Shown: positions 39,924 through 51,900 of the stretch, one piece after another
How the letters are laid out: each line of letters opens with the position of its first letter
How positions within the stretch are numbered: the first letter of the stretch is position 1
From: Tubulanus polymorphus
Lineage: Eukaryota; Animalia; Nemertea
DNA: 64,000 bases
Reading direction: 5' to 3'
Assembly (NCBI RefSeq): GCF_964204645.1
Contig: NC_134026.1
Location: forward strand, 7,339,950-7,403,949
Notes under the pieces: model-generated
The model's input: only the letters and a program-made list of their open reading frames with translations
What the model was told of the DNA's origin: nothing
Database searches by the model: none
Position numbers and translations under genes: made by a program

Positions 39924-42900
39924 ATGGCGACGCCTTCAAAGAGAAAGCGCCAGATTCGAGATGATTCTAGCTACGAGAATTTAAACAACTTCCAGATTCT
40001 AAAACAATTGGGAAATAAACAACAGTCGAAGCGCATTAAATTGGATTTAAATGAGGAGGAGCAGCAGCAGACTGGAGGAGCAACTGTGAACAGGAGCACG
40101 AGCAAAGTAAAGTCATGTCGATTTGACATCCTTTTAATTTTTTGATTGATTCTACTACAGTACATGTTTTTCAGAAATTCATAAAACGAAAACTACCCTA
40201 GAAGAGATATCTTCATCATCAAATCTGTTTTATTTTGTTCAAAGTGGCTATTCTTAGGCTACGTCGCCTGTAAGAATTAACTGCCGGCTATATTTACGTC
40301 CATTCCTACCTACGGAACTGCAATCTGTACGCTAATAACTGACGCGCATGCGTACAGATGTGCGCGACTTAGAAAATTCAAGGAAAGTGTGGAGAATAGA
40401 GTTAGGCCTAGAGAAAAATAGAGCGGATCGAGCGAGACTCGAACCCGGGCCAGTAAATTACTAGTCAGTAACCTGTCTGTGGTTTAGTTTCACGATCGGA
40501 TATTTTCACAAACCACAGTCAGGAATGGGAAGGTCATTTTTGTATGAAATCTTCGTCAGCCAATTTGACTGACGAGTAATTTGCCTGGCATTTCATTGTC
40601 TCTTAAGATATCCGTCAAATTTTTGTTGTAATCGACACACAACAGATTCGTAGTTTGTCTGATACCTATAACACCTCACCTGACGATCTTAATCCATGTG
40701 CAAATCGGCCGTAAAGTGAGAGTAAATTTCCGTAGAGTCAACAGCTGCCATTTTGAAAATTACTGGAGGTGCTGGCACCTGTGGACTGAGGCCAGGACAA
40801 CAGCACAAACTAACGAAGCGAAACGACGAAATTGAAAAATATTAAGAAATCAACACTTATTCACATTTTTCTTTAACCAGAATTTATTATTTCATTATTT
40901 ATAATGGAAAACACGAAGATTTGAAATATAGGTTGGAAAACCATCAAAAATAAAAATTGTCGTTTCGTCTTGAAAGTTTTATCTAAATCCTTGTAGGTCC
41001 CCTTGTCTTATCATGCCACATGTGCAATACAGAGAAATGGCGGCCAATGGCGAAATTTGTAAGCAAATTAATTAATTTCTCAAAATAATGTTGATTAATC
41101 ACTCGAAACATACATAGAATTGGATTATTTCGAAAGGTACCCGTGTTAGTTTGTGAATTAAGCCATTAATTGTGGACTGAAGTGGATAGAAAGTATATTT
41201 TTGAAGTGTTACTTTTTTCAACCGTGTTTTGGTCCTTGTCATCCCTAACGTTGGTATAAGCCCATCCGATTATAAAAAGCTTACCACCAACGATTAGGTA
41301 ACTAACTAGTAAATTACTAGCGCAGCATCATACCACTAGACCACTGAGCTCGCTGACAGTCGGTCGAATGTTTTAACTACATATAGCCTCACCTTACCCT
41401 AACCCTATTATCCCTTCCTGGATGTAAATATAGCCGGAAGTTAATTCTTACGGCCAACGTAAAAATAGCCACTTTGTATTTTGTTCATCTGGTCTTGCTT
41501 TTTCATTGAAAAAGCAGCATTTCTTCTTAGAGTGATAAAATCTGTAGCAACCACCAGTCACGTCCAGTGCAGAGGGGGTATTTTGCCTACTCTGCCTCGA
41601 CTGATGATTGTTAATTTTAGTAGTAAAGGGCAATAAACTAACTGGTGTTGTGCGATGAATTCGCCATCTATCGTTTAAGTTAAGAAACAAGTCAACCGTA
41701 CCAGTACGGTTTTGGCAGGCAATGAGTTAACACCGCGCGCGCCGTTTTCGAATCAAGGATTGACTGATACCTCAAACAAAAAACTAATGTCTGTTTCAAT
41801 TTGAAAGGGGGGGGGTGGGGTTGAGAGCACATCAGAATCAGGTAGCAGGAATCATTTCATTAACCTGTCTGTGGTTTAGTTTCACGATCGGATCTTCAAC
41901 TTTAATCCTGGATCGTGCGAGAACAGAATGTTCATATAAGATCTGTACTTTATGATGGCTCATATTTAAGGGGATGGTTTTCCCAGAGCCGACTAAGTTC
42001 ATTTTTGAAACAGGCACTGTCAGGTGAAAGTACAATACGTGCGGGCAGTCTGTTCCATTCGTCGATATTTTCACAAACCACATATGTTGGTATAAGCCCA
42101 TCCGATTATAAAAAGCTTATCATCAACGATTAGGTAACTAACTAGCTTAGGTGTGACGAAATTGAAGTAAATTTCGTCGCTGCCTATTAGTCCTTGTCGA
42201 TATTTATTTAAAGGCAAAAAATTAGTTGATCAAGAATTCAGATCGAAATGGACTGGATCGTAATTGTGATCGGTGCAAATAGGCAAATACCGGTATGGGC
42301 CCAGATTTGACTGACTGATTTATTTAAAAACTTGATTTTTATTCAATTAATCGATTTGTAGGTGATTGATAGCTTAATAGGATTAGGAAGATTAAGAGGA
42401 TTACCTCCACGTGGTTCAACTAGAGTCTGTTCGACATTAAAAACATCGTCGGCGTCGTCTAAAGTGAATTTAAAAGAGCTCGCGGCGTCTCCATTTAGAA
42501 CATTGAAGGGGAGTTTGAGACGGAAATTAGAGTCAACCTTGAGACGTCAGAGAATGAGGGGATTACAGGATTATAATCTACCCCCCTCACCTAGGCCTAC
42601 CCCTGTCGCAGCCGCTAACCGGACTATCAGTACCACAGCAGCGGTAAGTTCATTCTAAATATCTGACGCACCCGCAATAAAAATTTATTCATTCGTGCAA
42701 TTGAGTTCAGTTTTACTGACAGTCTCGGGCCTGTTGCTCAAAAATTGGTTAAAGATAACTGGCGGATAGATACCATAGTTACAATGGATTGTCATTGATG
42801 TCAACTGTCCACTGGTTAACTATAAACAATTTTTGAACAACTGGTCCCTCTGTACACCCTTCTGTCTGCGGGTGCTCTGTACCCCCCCCCCTCCCATTTT

Positions 42901-45900
42901 ATCGGAACACTTTCAAAAACCGATCGTCCAAACTTCACACAAAATAGGAGGGAATATCCAGGTTCCAGGCTGCAAATATCTGAAGTTTTCTTCTGTGTCT
43001 TAAACTTGCAACATTTTACTGTTTAGAAATTTAATTTTGAATTTTAAGATTAGTGGAAGGATTTAGGCCTATTGTGCTGCTTTGTTGTGCCAGTGATTAA
43101 TAGCTATAATGGTTAGAGAGTATGAAACAGTTGTTTGTATTAAAAGTCTAATATTTGTGGAATGACTGTTCAGTTATTCAATTCAATGGTAGATATGTGA
43201 CATCCTTTATGAAGAGAAACCACACTTGAATCTCGTAGTCAGTGATGTTCTATAAACTAGGCCAGGTCTGCCTGTTATTTGTCTTTTTGTCAATATTTTT
43301 GTCATATTTTTAGCTCGAATTTTGTGAAAATGTGTCATGCACGGAATTTCTTTGTAAAATGAGTTTATAAATAGAAGCACCTCGCTCGCGAATGAGTGAG
43401 TGAGTGGAGTGGGTCTCCCGATCAGTTAGATCGATGGTTTGTGTACTGTGGCTCATGCAGACTGCTATTAAATGCTGCTGTCTCTATGATCAGTCTCGCT
43501 GGTTTTAGTAGGATCTATAAATCATGCATCCCACCAACTCCGCTGCTGTTGTCACCGAAGATTCAGATTCTATTGTTTGGACTCAGGTTTGTGTTAATAT
43601 CAACTGATGTTTTTCTAGACAGTAGACACTAGCCGACTGTCTGGACCTGTGTCGATCTGTCTGTGTATGTCTGTATGTCTGTCATCAGTCGAGTTCATTA
43701 TCTCAACTGTCAGCTGAATTTGTGAAATGACCAGTCGCAAGTGTATCTTTATCTTTTGAAAATATAATTAAGTCATTCGATATGTTGGAACAGATTTTGC
43801 AACTGGTACTGGGATTATTCAGTTCTTTATGAAATAATCAGTGCCTGTCAATATTACAACTGTCGGCTGATTTCATTATAATCTGTACCATTCAGTCTTT
43901 CGTGAACAATTGATTTTCTCTCATAATCACAATCTTATGCGATCAACTATCATCAGTCATTCTAGACATTTTTCTTTCGAGTACAAGCCTATTATCTTTC
44001 ACCGTGTTAGAATTGCGTCTCGATGAAATTGATAATCTCCATGTAGAAACCTTCTGTTGAGAAAATAATACTTCTTGCTCAATGATAGAGATGATTAGTA
44101 CTCTGTTATACAGTAGCAGAAGAGTTGACTTGATTACTCATCATGCATACTCTCCATGCTGACTGACTGAGGTCACAGATCCCATTATCTATGATGATAG
44201 CAATTATGAGTCTGTCATTTAGTACTCTTCATGAATAGTGGCATCCCCCGTAAGTGGGAACCAACCTCTCGCTCACCCCCCCCTTTTAGTACAATATGTT
44301 CAATTGAATAGTTCTGATTAATATGAGATTAATTACCATTGTTTTATTGAGTTGTACCTGTTTTTGGTTATTTTAGAAGCAAAACATATTAATTATTTGT
44401 AGTAGATACAATGAACTATTAAGGGTCAGATGTAGGTGGTTAAACTGAACCCAGTAGTGGGGGACCACATTTATTGCCAGTTATCCACCGGTTAACCAGG
44501 GTGGAGGACCTACCCCTGGTTTAACCAACTTATCCCCCCGCGGTACCCCACCTATCCGTGTCTGACTATGATAACACTGTTTCAGTCTGATGTGATCAAA
44601 GGACATATTTTTATAGCCCTCGCCGATATTTATAGAAGGAAGGAAATGCTGCCACCGGAAACTTTTCAAATACTTCCATCCGATTTTTCGACTTTGACCC
44701 AATTCATCTTTCATATAGGCCCTATATATCGGATCTGATCATTATTTGTTCAAGCCTCATATAGAGAGATCGACAGAGAGATTATTGAAGGGTGAATTTA
44801 TAAGCGACATAGCCGCATAATTACCAGTCATTCACTGTGTGCATGTCTGTACACTTATAATTAAACATATAGTCGTAGGAAATTATATCTCGTTTAAACG
44901 AGGGAAGGAAAAATATGAAATCACGGCACAGTAAATGCAGTATATGGAACTTAAGCCCGGAGCTCAGCGTGGAGCGGAATTTTATTGTCTGAGATATTTC
45001 ATTGTTGAACGCTCGTTTTGTTCGTAGAAAGTTCTAATCCTTGTCAATAACTTTCACGTCTTAGACGTTGACAGACACTAGGTCAACTCTCACTCTCTCA
45101 CTCAGACTCTGCAGATACGAGCGGGCTATTTACGGCGTATTTTAACTGGATTTTGTTAGGGAGGAGAACTTCCTGGAATTATTCGCACACTGACAGGATG
45201 TATTTGTTTCTATAGTGTTTGCGGTTTAATTGCAGTTGATTCAATGTTTACTTGATGACTTATAAAACATATAAGGAACTGACAATTCACTGGAAATATC
45301 TTGATTTGTTGAATTTCTACATGAGTCCTGGTGTAGAATCTACAGATTTCGGAACTTTTAACTATCAGGAGTCATATGATCTACAACAGCGACTTTGATC
45401 GACTTATCGGAGTCAAATATTGGTTATTGCACTAAATGGATGATAAGATGATAAGAATTGATTAAAATCACTAACTGCAATGACTATGCAAACCTCAAGC
45501 TGAGTTCTTGTTTTCATGATAATTGTGTTGACGCTTCTGTCCAAATGATGACTTAGAAGTGGAAACATAAATTGGGACTCAAAAATAGGAACGACTTCAG
45601 TAATGCGTTGTATGATGACGTATGCACTTACTGAAATACCGCCTCAAAATAGAGATCAATTCAATAATGTGATGATTTCAGTTCATACTATTTACTATGC
45701 GTTCAGAGTGTTACAAACATTTGCGCGAATGAGCTTGTAGTAGTGATAAACAATGGAACGTCAGCGTGTTGCTGCTGTAGGGGGTGCCGCCGGGAACCAC
45801 CACCGTAGACACTCTACATCCAGTGTGACCTTACCTTCTAAACAAACCGTAATTGAAGATATGGATTTGTTCTATTTTAGACAAATGGCAGCGAAATTAG

Positions 45901-48900
45901 AGGTAATGTGTGTGAGAGCGGGACTGAACTCGTAACCTAAATCACTCCACTTCTATTAATTGATATGTAGACTATGTGATAATTTATCTGCTAACCTATT
46001 TAAGGTCAGGGTCGTGTATTACTGTGTAATAATTCTCTAAAAGAGTTTATGTACTGGTAGATGATTCAACTCAGAGCTAACTCTGTGTATTGCTCTCAAG
46101 TCGGACAGATTTTAGATTTTCATCGACTTTCTTGCAGTTTTAGGTTTTATTCTTAAAAAAGCTTTTTTTTCCCTGTCCAGGGTATACTGTACCCAGTTCC
46201 TTAGTTCTTGACTATATAGAGTTAATAACTCTAACTTACAGCTGTGAAACTGGAGCCTGTACTGGTGGATTCCTTCATCCCATCTAGGGCAATCTTAAGA
46301 CCTGCTGCATATGGCGTCACAAGCCCCGAGGCTTGTCACGCCATATTGGGGCCTGACACGCCATGTGGTAAACGTAAAATGAAAATCAAATCCTATGCAT
46401 GAGATGAAACGTCGACTAAGTCTCGCGGGTTTTTCTTCCGAAGTTGAAATATTCGGTTGGATATTAATTTGTCTTAGATGATTAACAACGTAATATATAT
46501 ACATAATAAGAACTACATATTACATCGCATTTACACTAAAATGAGTTTTACAGAATAGAAATTGATCGTTGTTTGTTAATCTAATGCAGTGTACACACAT
46601 TTTGAAACACAATTTAAACAATCATATATTTCGCCAGCATATGAAAAATACAAAAACATTACATATATATCTACTGAATGAGTTTTACAGGATAAAGATT
46701 TTAATTAACTATCTTACATTTCAATGAATCATTCATCTATTTCACATGATTTGTTGATCAATTAGTCTTAGAAGAACATGGATAATGTTAGAAAAACATA
46801 TATGGTGAGCCAGGCTCCAATCTAGTGTGATCTGCAGTCATATGGCTCCTAAAATCGCTAAGCCTTCTACATGGCGTGTCAGGCCCCAAATGTTCTGCAG
46901 CCAATATGGCGTGTCAAGAGCCCCAAATTGTCTGCAGAATAGCTTCAATAATTGAAACATGGTTTGTCGAACGGTTTTCTATGGAAGCAATTAAATTATA
47001 TCTTAATTAGTTATATATTGTTCATGATTTGATAATCACAAAGCAAATACTGCTAGAAAAACCGCGATTTGTCTTCTATATGGCGTGTCAAGCCCCGAAT
47101 GTTCTGCAGCCAATATGGCGTGTCAGGCCCCGAATGGTCTGCAGAATAGCTTCAATTGAAACATGGCGTGAGAGGACCCGATCAGTTTTCCTATAATTGT
47201 CACTAATTATCATAAATATTCAAAGATTTATCATTCTACATGGTTTGTCAATCATTTAGACTTAGAAAGAAAGCAAATATTGTTTCAAAAATAGCTCCTC
47301 AAATCACGCTGTCTTCTACATGGCGTGTCAGGCCCCAAACGGTCTGCAGCCAATATGGCGTGTCAGTCCCCAAACGGTCTGCAGAATAGCTTCAATTGAG
47401 ATATGGCGTGAGAGGACCCGAACGATTTTCCGTACAAACAAATGAATAATTGTCACTAATTATCATAAATATTCAAAGATTTATCATTCTACATGGTTTG
47501 TCAATCATTTAAACTTAGAAAAAAGGCAAATATTGTTTCAAAAAGCTCCTAAAATCACGCTGTCTTCTACATGGCGTGTCAAGCCCCAAACGGTCTGCAG
47601 AATAACTTCAATTGAGACATGGCGTGAGAGGACCCGATCGATTTTCCGTACAAACAAATGAATAATTGTCATTAATTATCATAAATATTCAAAGATTTAT
47701 CATTCTACATGGTTTGTCAATCATTTAAACTTAGAAAAAAGGCAAATATTGTTTCAAAAAGCTCCTAAAATCACGCTGTCTTCTACATGGCGTGTCAAGC
47801 CCCAAACGGTCTGCAGAATAACTTCAATTGAGACATGGCGTGAGAAGACCCGAACGATTTTCCGTACAAACAAATGAATAATTGTCACTAATTATCATAA
47901 ATATTCAAAGATTTATCATTCTACATGGTTTGTCAATCATTTAAACTTAGAAAAAAGGCAAATATTGTTTCAAAAAGCTCCTAAAATCACGCTGTCTTCT
48001 ACATGGCGTGTCAAGCCCCAAATGTTCTGCAGTCAATATGGCGTGTCAGGCCCCAAACGGTCTGCAGAATAGCTTCAATTGAGACATGGCGTGAGAAGAC
48101 CCGAATGATTTTCCGTACAAACTAATGAATAATTGTCATTAATTATCATAAATATTCAAAGATTTATCATTCTCCGTGGATTGTCAGTCATTTAGACTCA
48201 GAAAAAAGGCAAATATTGTTTCAAAAATAGCTCCTCAAATCACGCTGTCTTTCACATGGCGTGTCAGGCCCCAAATGTTCTGCAGCCAATATGGCGTGTC
48301 AGGCCCCAAACGGTCTGCAGAATAGCTTCAATTGAGACATGGCGTGAGAAGACCCGAACGATTTTCCGTACAAACAAATGAATAATTGTCATTGATTATC
48401 ATAAATATTCAAAGATTTATCATTCTACGTGGATTGTCAATCATTTAGACTTAGAAAAAAAGGCAAATATTGTTTCAAAAAGCTCCTCAAATCACGCTGT
48501 CTTTCACATGGCGTGTCAGGCCCCAAATGTTCTGCAGTCAATATGGCGTGTCAGGCCCCAAACGGTCTGCAGAATAGCTTCAATTGAGACATGGCGTGAG
48601 AAGACCCGAACGATTTTCCGTACAAACAAATGAATAATTGTCATTGATTATCATAAATATTCAAAGATTTATCATTCTACGTGGATTGTCAATCATTTAG
48701 ACTTAGAACAAAAGGCAAATATTGTTTCAAAAAGCTCCTAAAATCACGCTGTCTTCTACATGGCGTGTCAAGCCCCAAACGGTCTGCAGTCAATATGGCG
48801 TGTCAGGCCCCAAACGATTTTCCGTACAAACAAATGAATAATTGTCATTAATTATCATAAATATTCAAAGATTTATCAGTTTGTCAATCATTTAGACTTA

Positions 48901-51900
48901 GAAAAAAGGCAAATATTGTTTCAAAAAGCTCCTCGAATCACGCTGTCTTCTACATGGCGTGTCAGGCCCCAAATGTTCTGCAGTCAATATGGCGTGTCAG
49001 GCCCCAAACGGTCTGCAGAATAGCTTCAATTGAGACATGGCGTGAGAAGACCCGAATGATTTTCCGTACAAACTAATGAATAATTGTCATTAATTATCAT
49101 AAATATTCAAAGATTTATCATTCTCCGTGGATTGTCAGTCATTTAGACTCAGAAAAAAGGCAAATATTGTTTCAAAAATAGCTCCTCAAATCACGCTGTC
49201 TTTCACATGGCGTGTCAGGCCCCAAATGTTCTGCAGCCAATATGGCGTGTCAGGCCCCAAACGGTCTGCAGAATAGCTTCAATTGAGACATGGCGTGAGA
49301 AGACCCGAACGATTTTCCGTATAAATAAATGAATAATTGTCATTGATTATCATAAATATTCAAAGATTTATCATTCTACGTGGATTGTCAATCATTTAGA
49401 CTCAGAACAAAAGGCAAATATTGTTTCAAAAAGCTCCTAAAATCACGCTGTCTTCTACATGGCGTGTCAAGCCCCAAACGGTCTGCAGTCAATATGGCGT
49501 GTCAGGCCCCAAACGATTTTCCGTACAAACAAATGAATTATTGTCATTAATTATCATAAATATTCAAAGATTTATCAGTTTGTCAATCATTTAGACTTAG
49601 AAAAAAGGCAAATATTGTTTCAAAAAGCTCCTCGAATCACGCTGTCTTCTACATGGCGTGTCAGGCCCCAAATGTTCTGCAGTCAATATGGCGTGTCAGG
49701 CCCCAAACGGTCTGCAGAATAGCTTCAATTGAGACATGGCGTGAGAAGACCCGAATGATTTTCCGTACAAACTAATGAATAATTGTCATTAATTATCATA
49801 AATATTCAAAGATTTATCATTATACATGGTTTGTCAATCATTTAGACTTAGAAAAAAAGGCAAATATTGTTTCAAAAAGCTCCTCAAATCACGCTGTCTT
49901 TCACATGGCGTGTCAGGCCCCAAATGTTCTGCAGTCAATATGGCGTGTCAGGCCCCAAATGGTCTGCAGAATAGCTTCAATTGAGACATGGCGTGAGAAG
50001 ACCCGAACGATTTTCCGTACAAACAAATGAAAAATTGTCATTGATTATCATAAATATTCAAAGATTTATCATTCTACGTGGATTGTCAATCATTTAGACT
50101 CAGAACAAAAGGCAAATATTGTTTCAAAAAGCTCCTAAAATCACGCTGTCTTCTACATGGCGTGTCAGGCCCCAAACGGTCTGCAGAATAGCTTCAATTG
50201 AGACATGGCGTGAGAAGACCCGAACGATTTTTCCGTACAAACAAATGAATAATTGTCACTAATTGTCTTAAATGTTCAATGATTAATCCTTCTATATGAT
50301 TTGTCAATTATTTAGTCTTAGAAAAAAGCAAATACTGTTACAAAAAGCTCCTAAAACCACGCTGTCTTCTACATGGCGTGTCAGGCCCCAAAGTGTTCTG
50401 CCGCCAATATGGCGTGAGAGTACGCGATCAGTTTTCTATGGAAGCAATTAATTGTCACTAATCATATCTTTAGTTTCAATTAGTTATATATTGTTCATAA
50501 TCATAAAGTCTAAGAAAAAAAAACAAATACTGCTAGAAAAATCGCGATTTGTCTTCTATATGGCGTGTCAGGCCCCAAACGGTCTACAGAATATAGCTTC
50601 AATTTACATGGCGTGAGAGGACCCGATCAGTTTTCCGTAGAAATAAATGAGAAATTGTGACTGATTATCTTAAATTAGTACAATAATCATTAAGTCTTAG
50701 AAATAGGTTTATAAATCGTTGTTTCTATTTTGTTCATATGTAAAAATATACAAAATCGCTTATGTAAATGTAGCTGATGATCTCCTGATCGTCTCGCACC
50801 ATAACGGAAACCTATAAAAAACATATTCGAAGAATTTTACATAAAAATCTGTCGATATATATGCATCTGAATATAGTTATGAAGTAAAAACGGGATATAA
50901 TTTTCTTTCAAAGTGGTTGCACTGAACGGAATACTACAATATAACGTATAAGTACATATTATATTTAGACAATATTTAGTAAGTATATATTTAGACAATA
51001 AGTTAAGAAAAAATAGAAATTCATTACACATTGACATACCGGTACTTGAAATTATCTCATTCAGGTTTTACACGTCGTATCGGACTTAAAAACGTGGTCC
51101 GTTCGACGCGAACATATATCTTCGTTCCGCGTGAATTATATATAGTCTGCATTTTACTCGGGGCTTGTGACGCCATGTCAGATATGGCGTGACAAGCCCC
51201 GGGGCTTGTGACGCCATGTTCTGCTGATTCTTAAGATTGACTTCACTCCTTCATCCTCTCTCTACAGGGGTCAGGTTACACAGTCACTGCTTTATCCATG
51301 TCCACAGAACCAAATCAGTTTGATTTGTGGACTGACTGTGGAACTAGTCCCCAAATAGCTCATCCTCACTTGTCGGGGTTCGATTGCCTCCCACCAAGGC
51401 TCACACCAACACAAACTCGGGGGCCGTAGATCCTTCATTGGCGTTCTACATTGCCCAAGATTTCTTAGACAGCTCAGCAGCCACCAGTTTATGTATTAAG
51501 CCAATCAGCTATGGTGTTTTGATAGAGCAAATTTGTCGCTAAACAAAAAGGTATCTGATTGGCTTACGAGATAAACGGGTGGCTGCTGAGCGGCAACTTG
51601 CCCGCCAAGAAATCATGAGTGGTGTAATAGACCAATGAAGGGTCTACAGCCAGAGTTTGTGTTGGCGTCAGCTTCGACGGCAGACAATCGAACCCTGGCA
51701 AGTGAGGATGTAGATACTCAAGCATAAGTCAACATATTTCCTTGACTTCACATCTTCATACAAGTGATGCTGATTTTTTATTTTCTTCAGTGCACGTTTA
51801 GACGCGAATTCTTATTATCAGGAATTTCTGTTATTTCTAGGATACGGAACTACAACAGAAAATTGACATCGAGATAAAAATGAGAGATGGAACGGCGAAA

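Noticed and set aside
40430-41360. Intact tRNA-Pro gene
   Set aside because: Interrupted, with poor acceptor and anticodon stems; treated as a tRNA-derived repeat.
46850-50650. CRISPR-like look of the regularly spaced atggcgtgtcaggcccc motifs
   Set aside because: The intervening sequences are themselves repeated rather than unique spacers, there are no cas genes, and the context is a eukaryotic intron.
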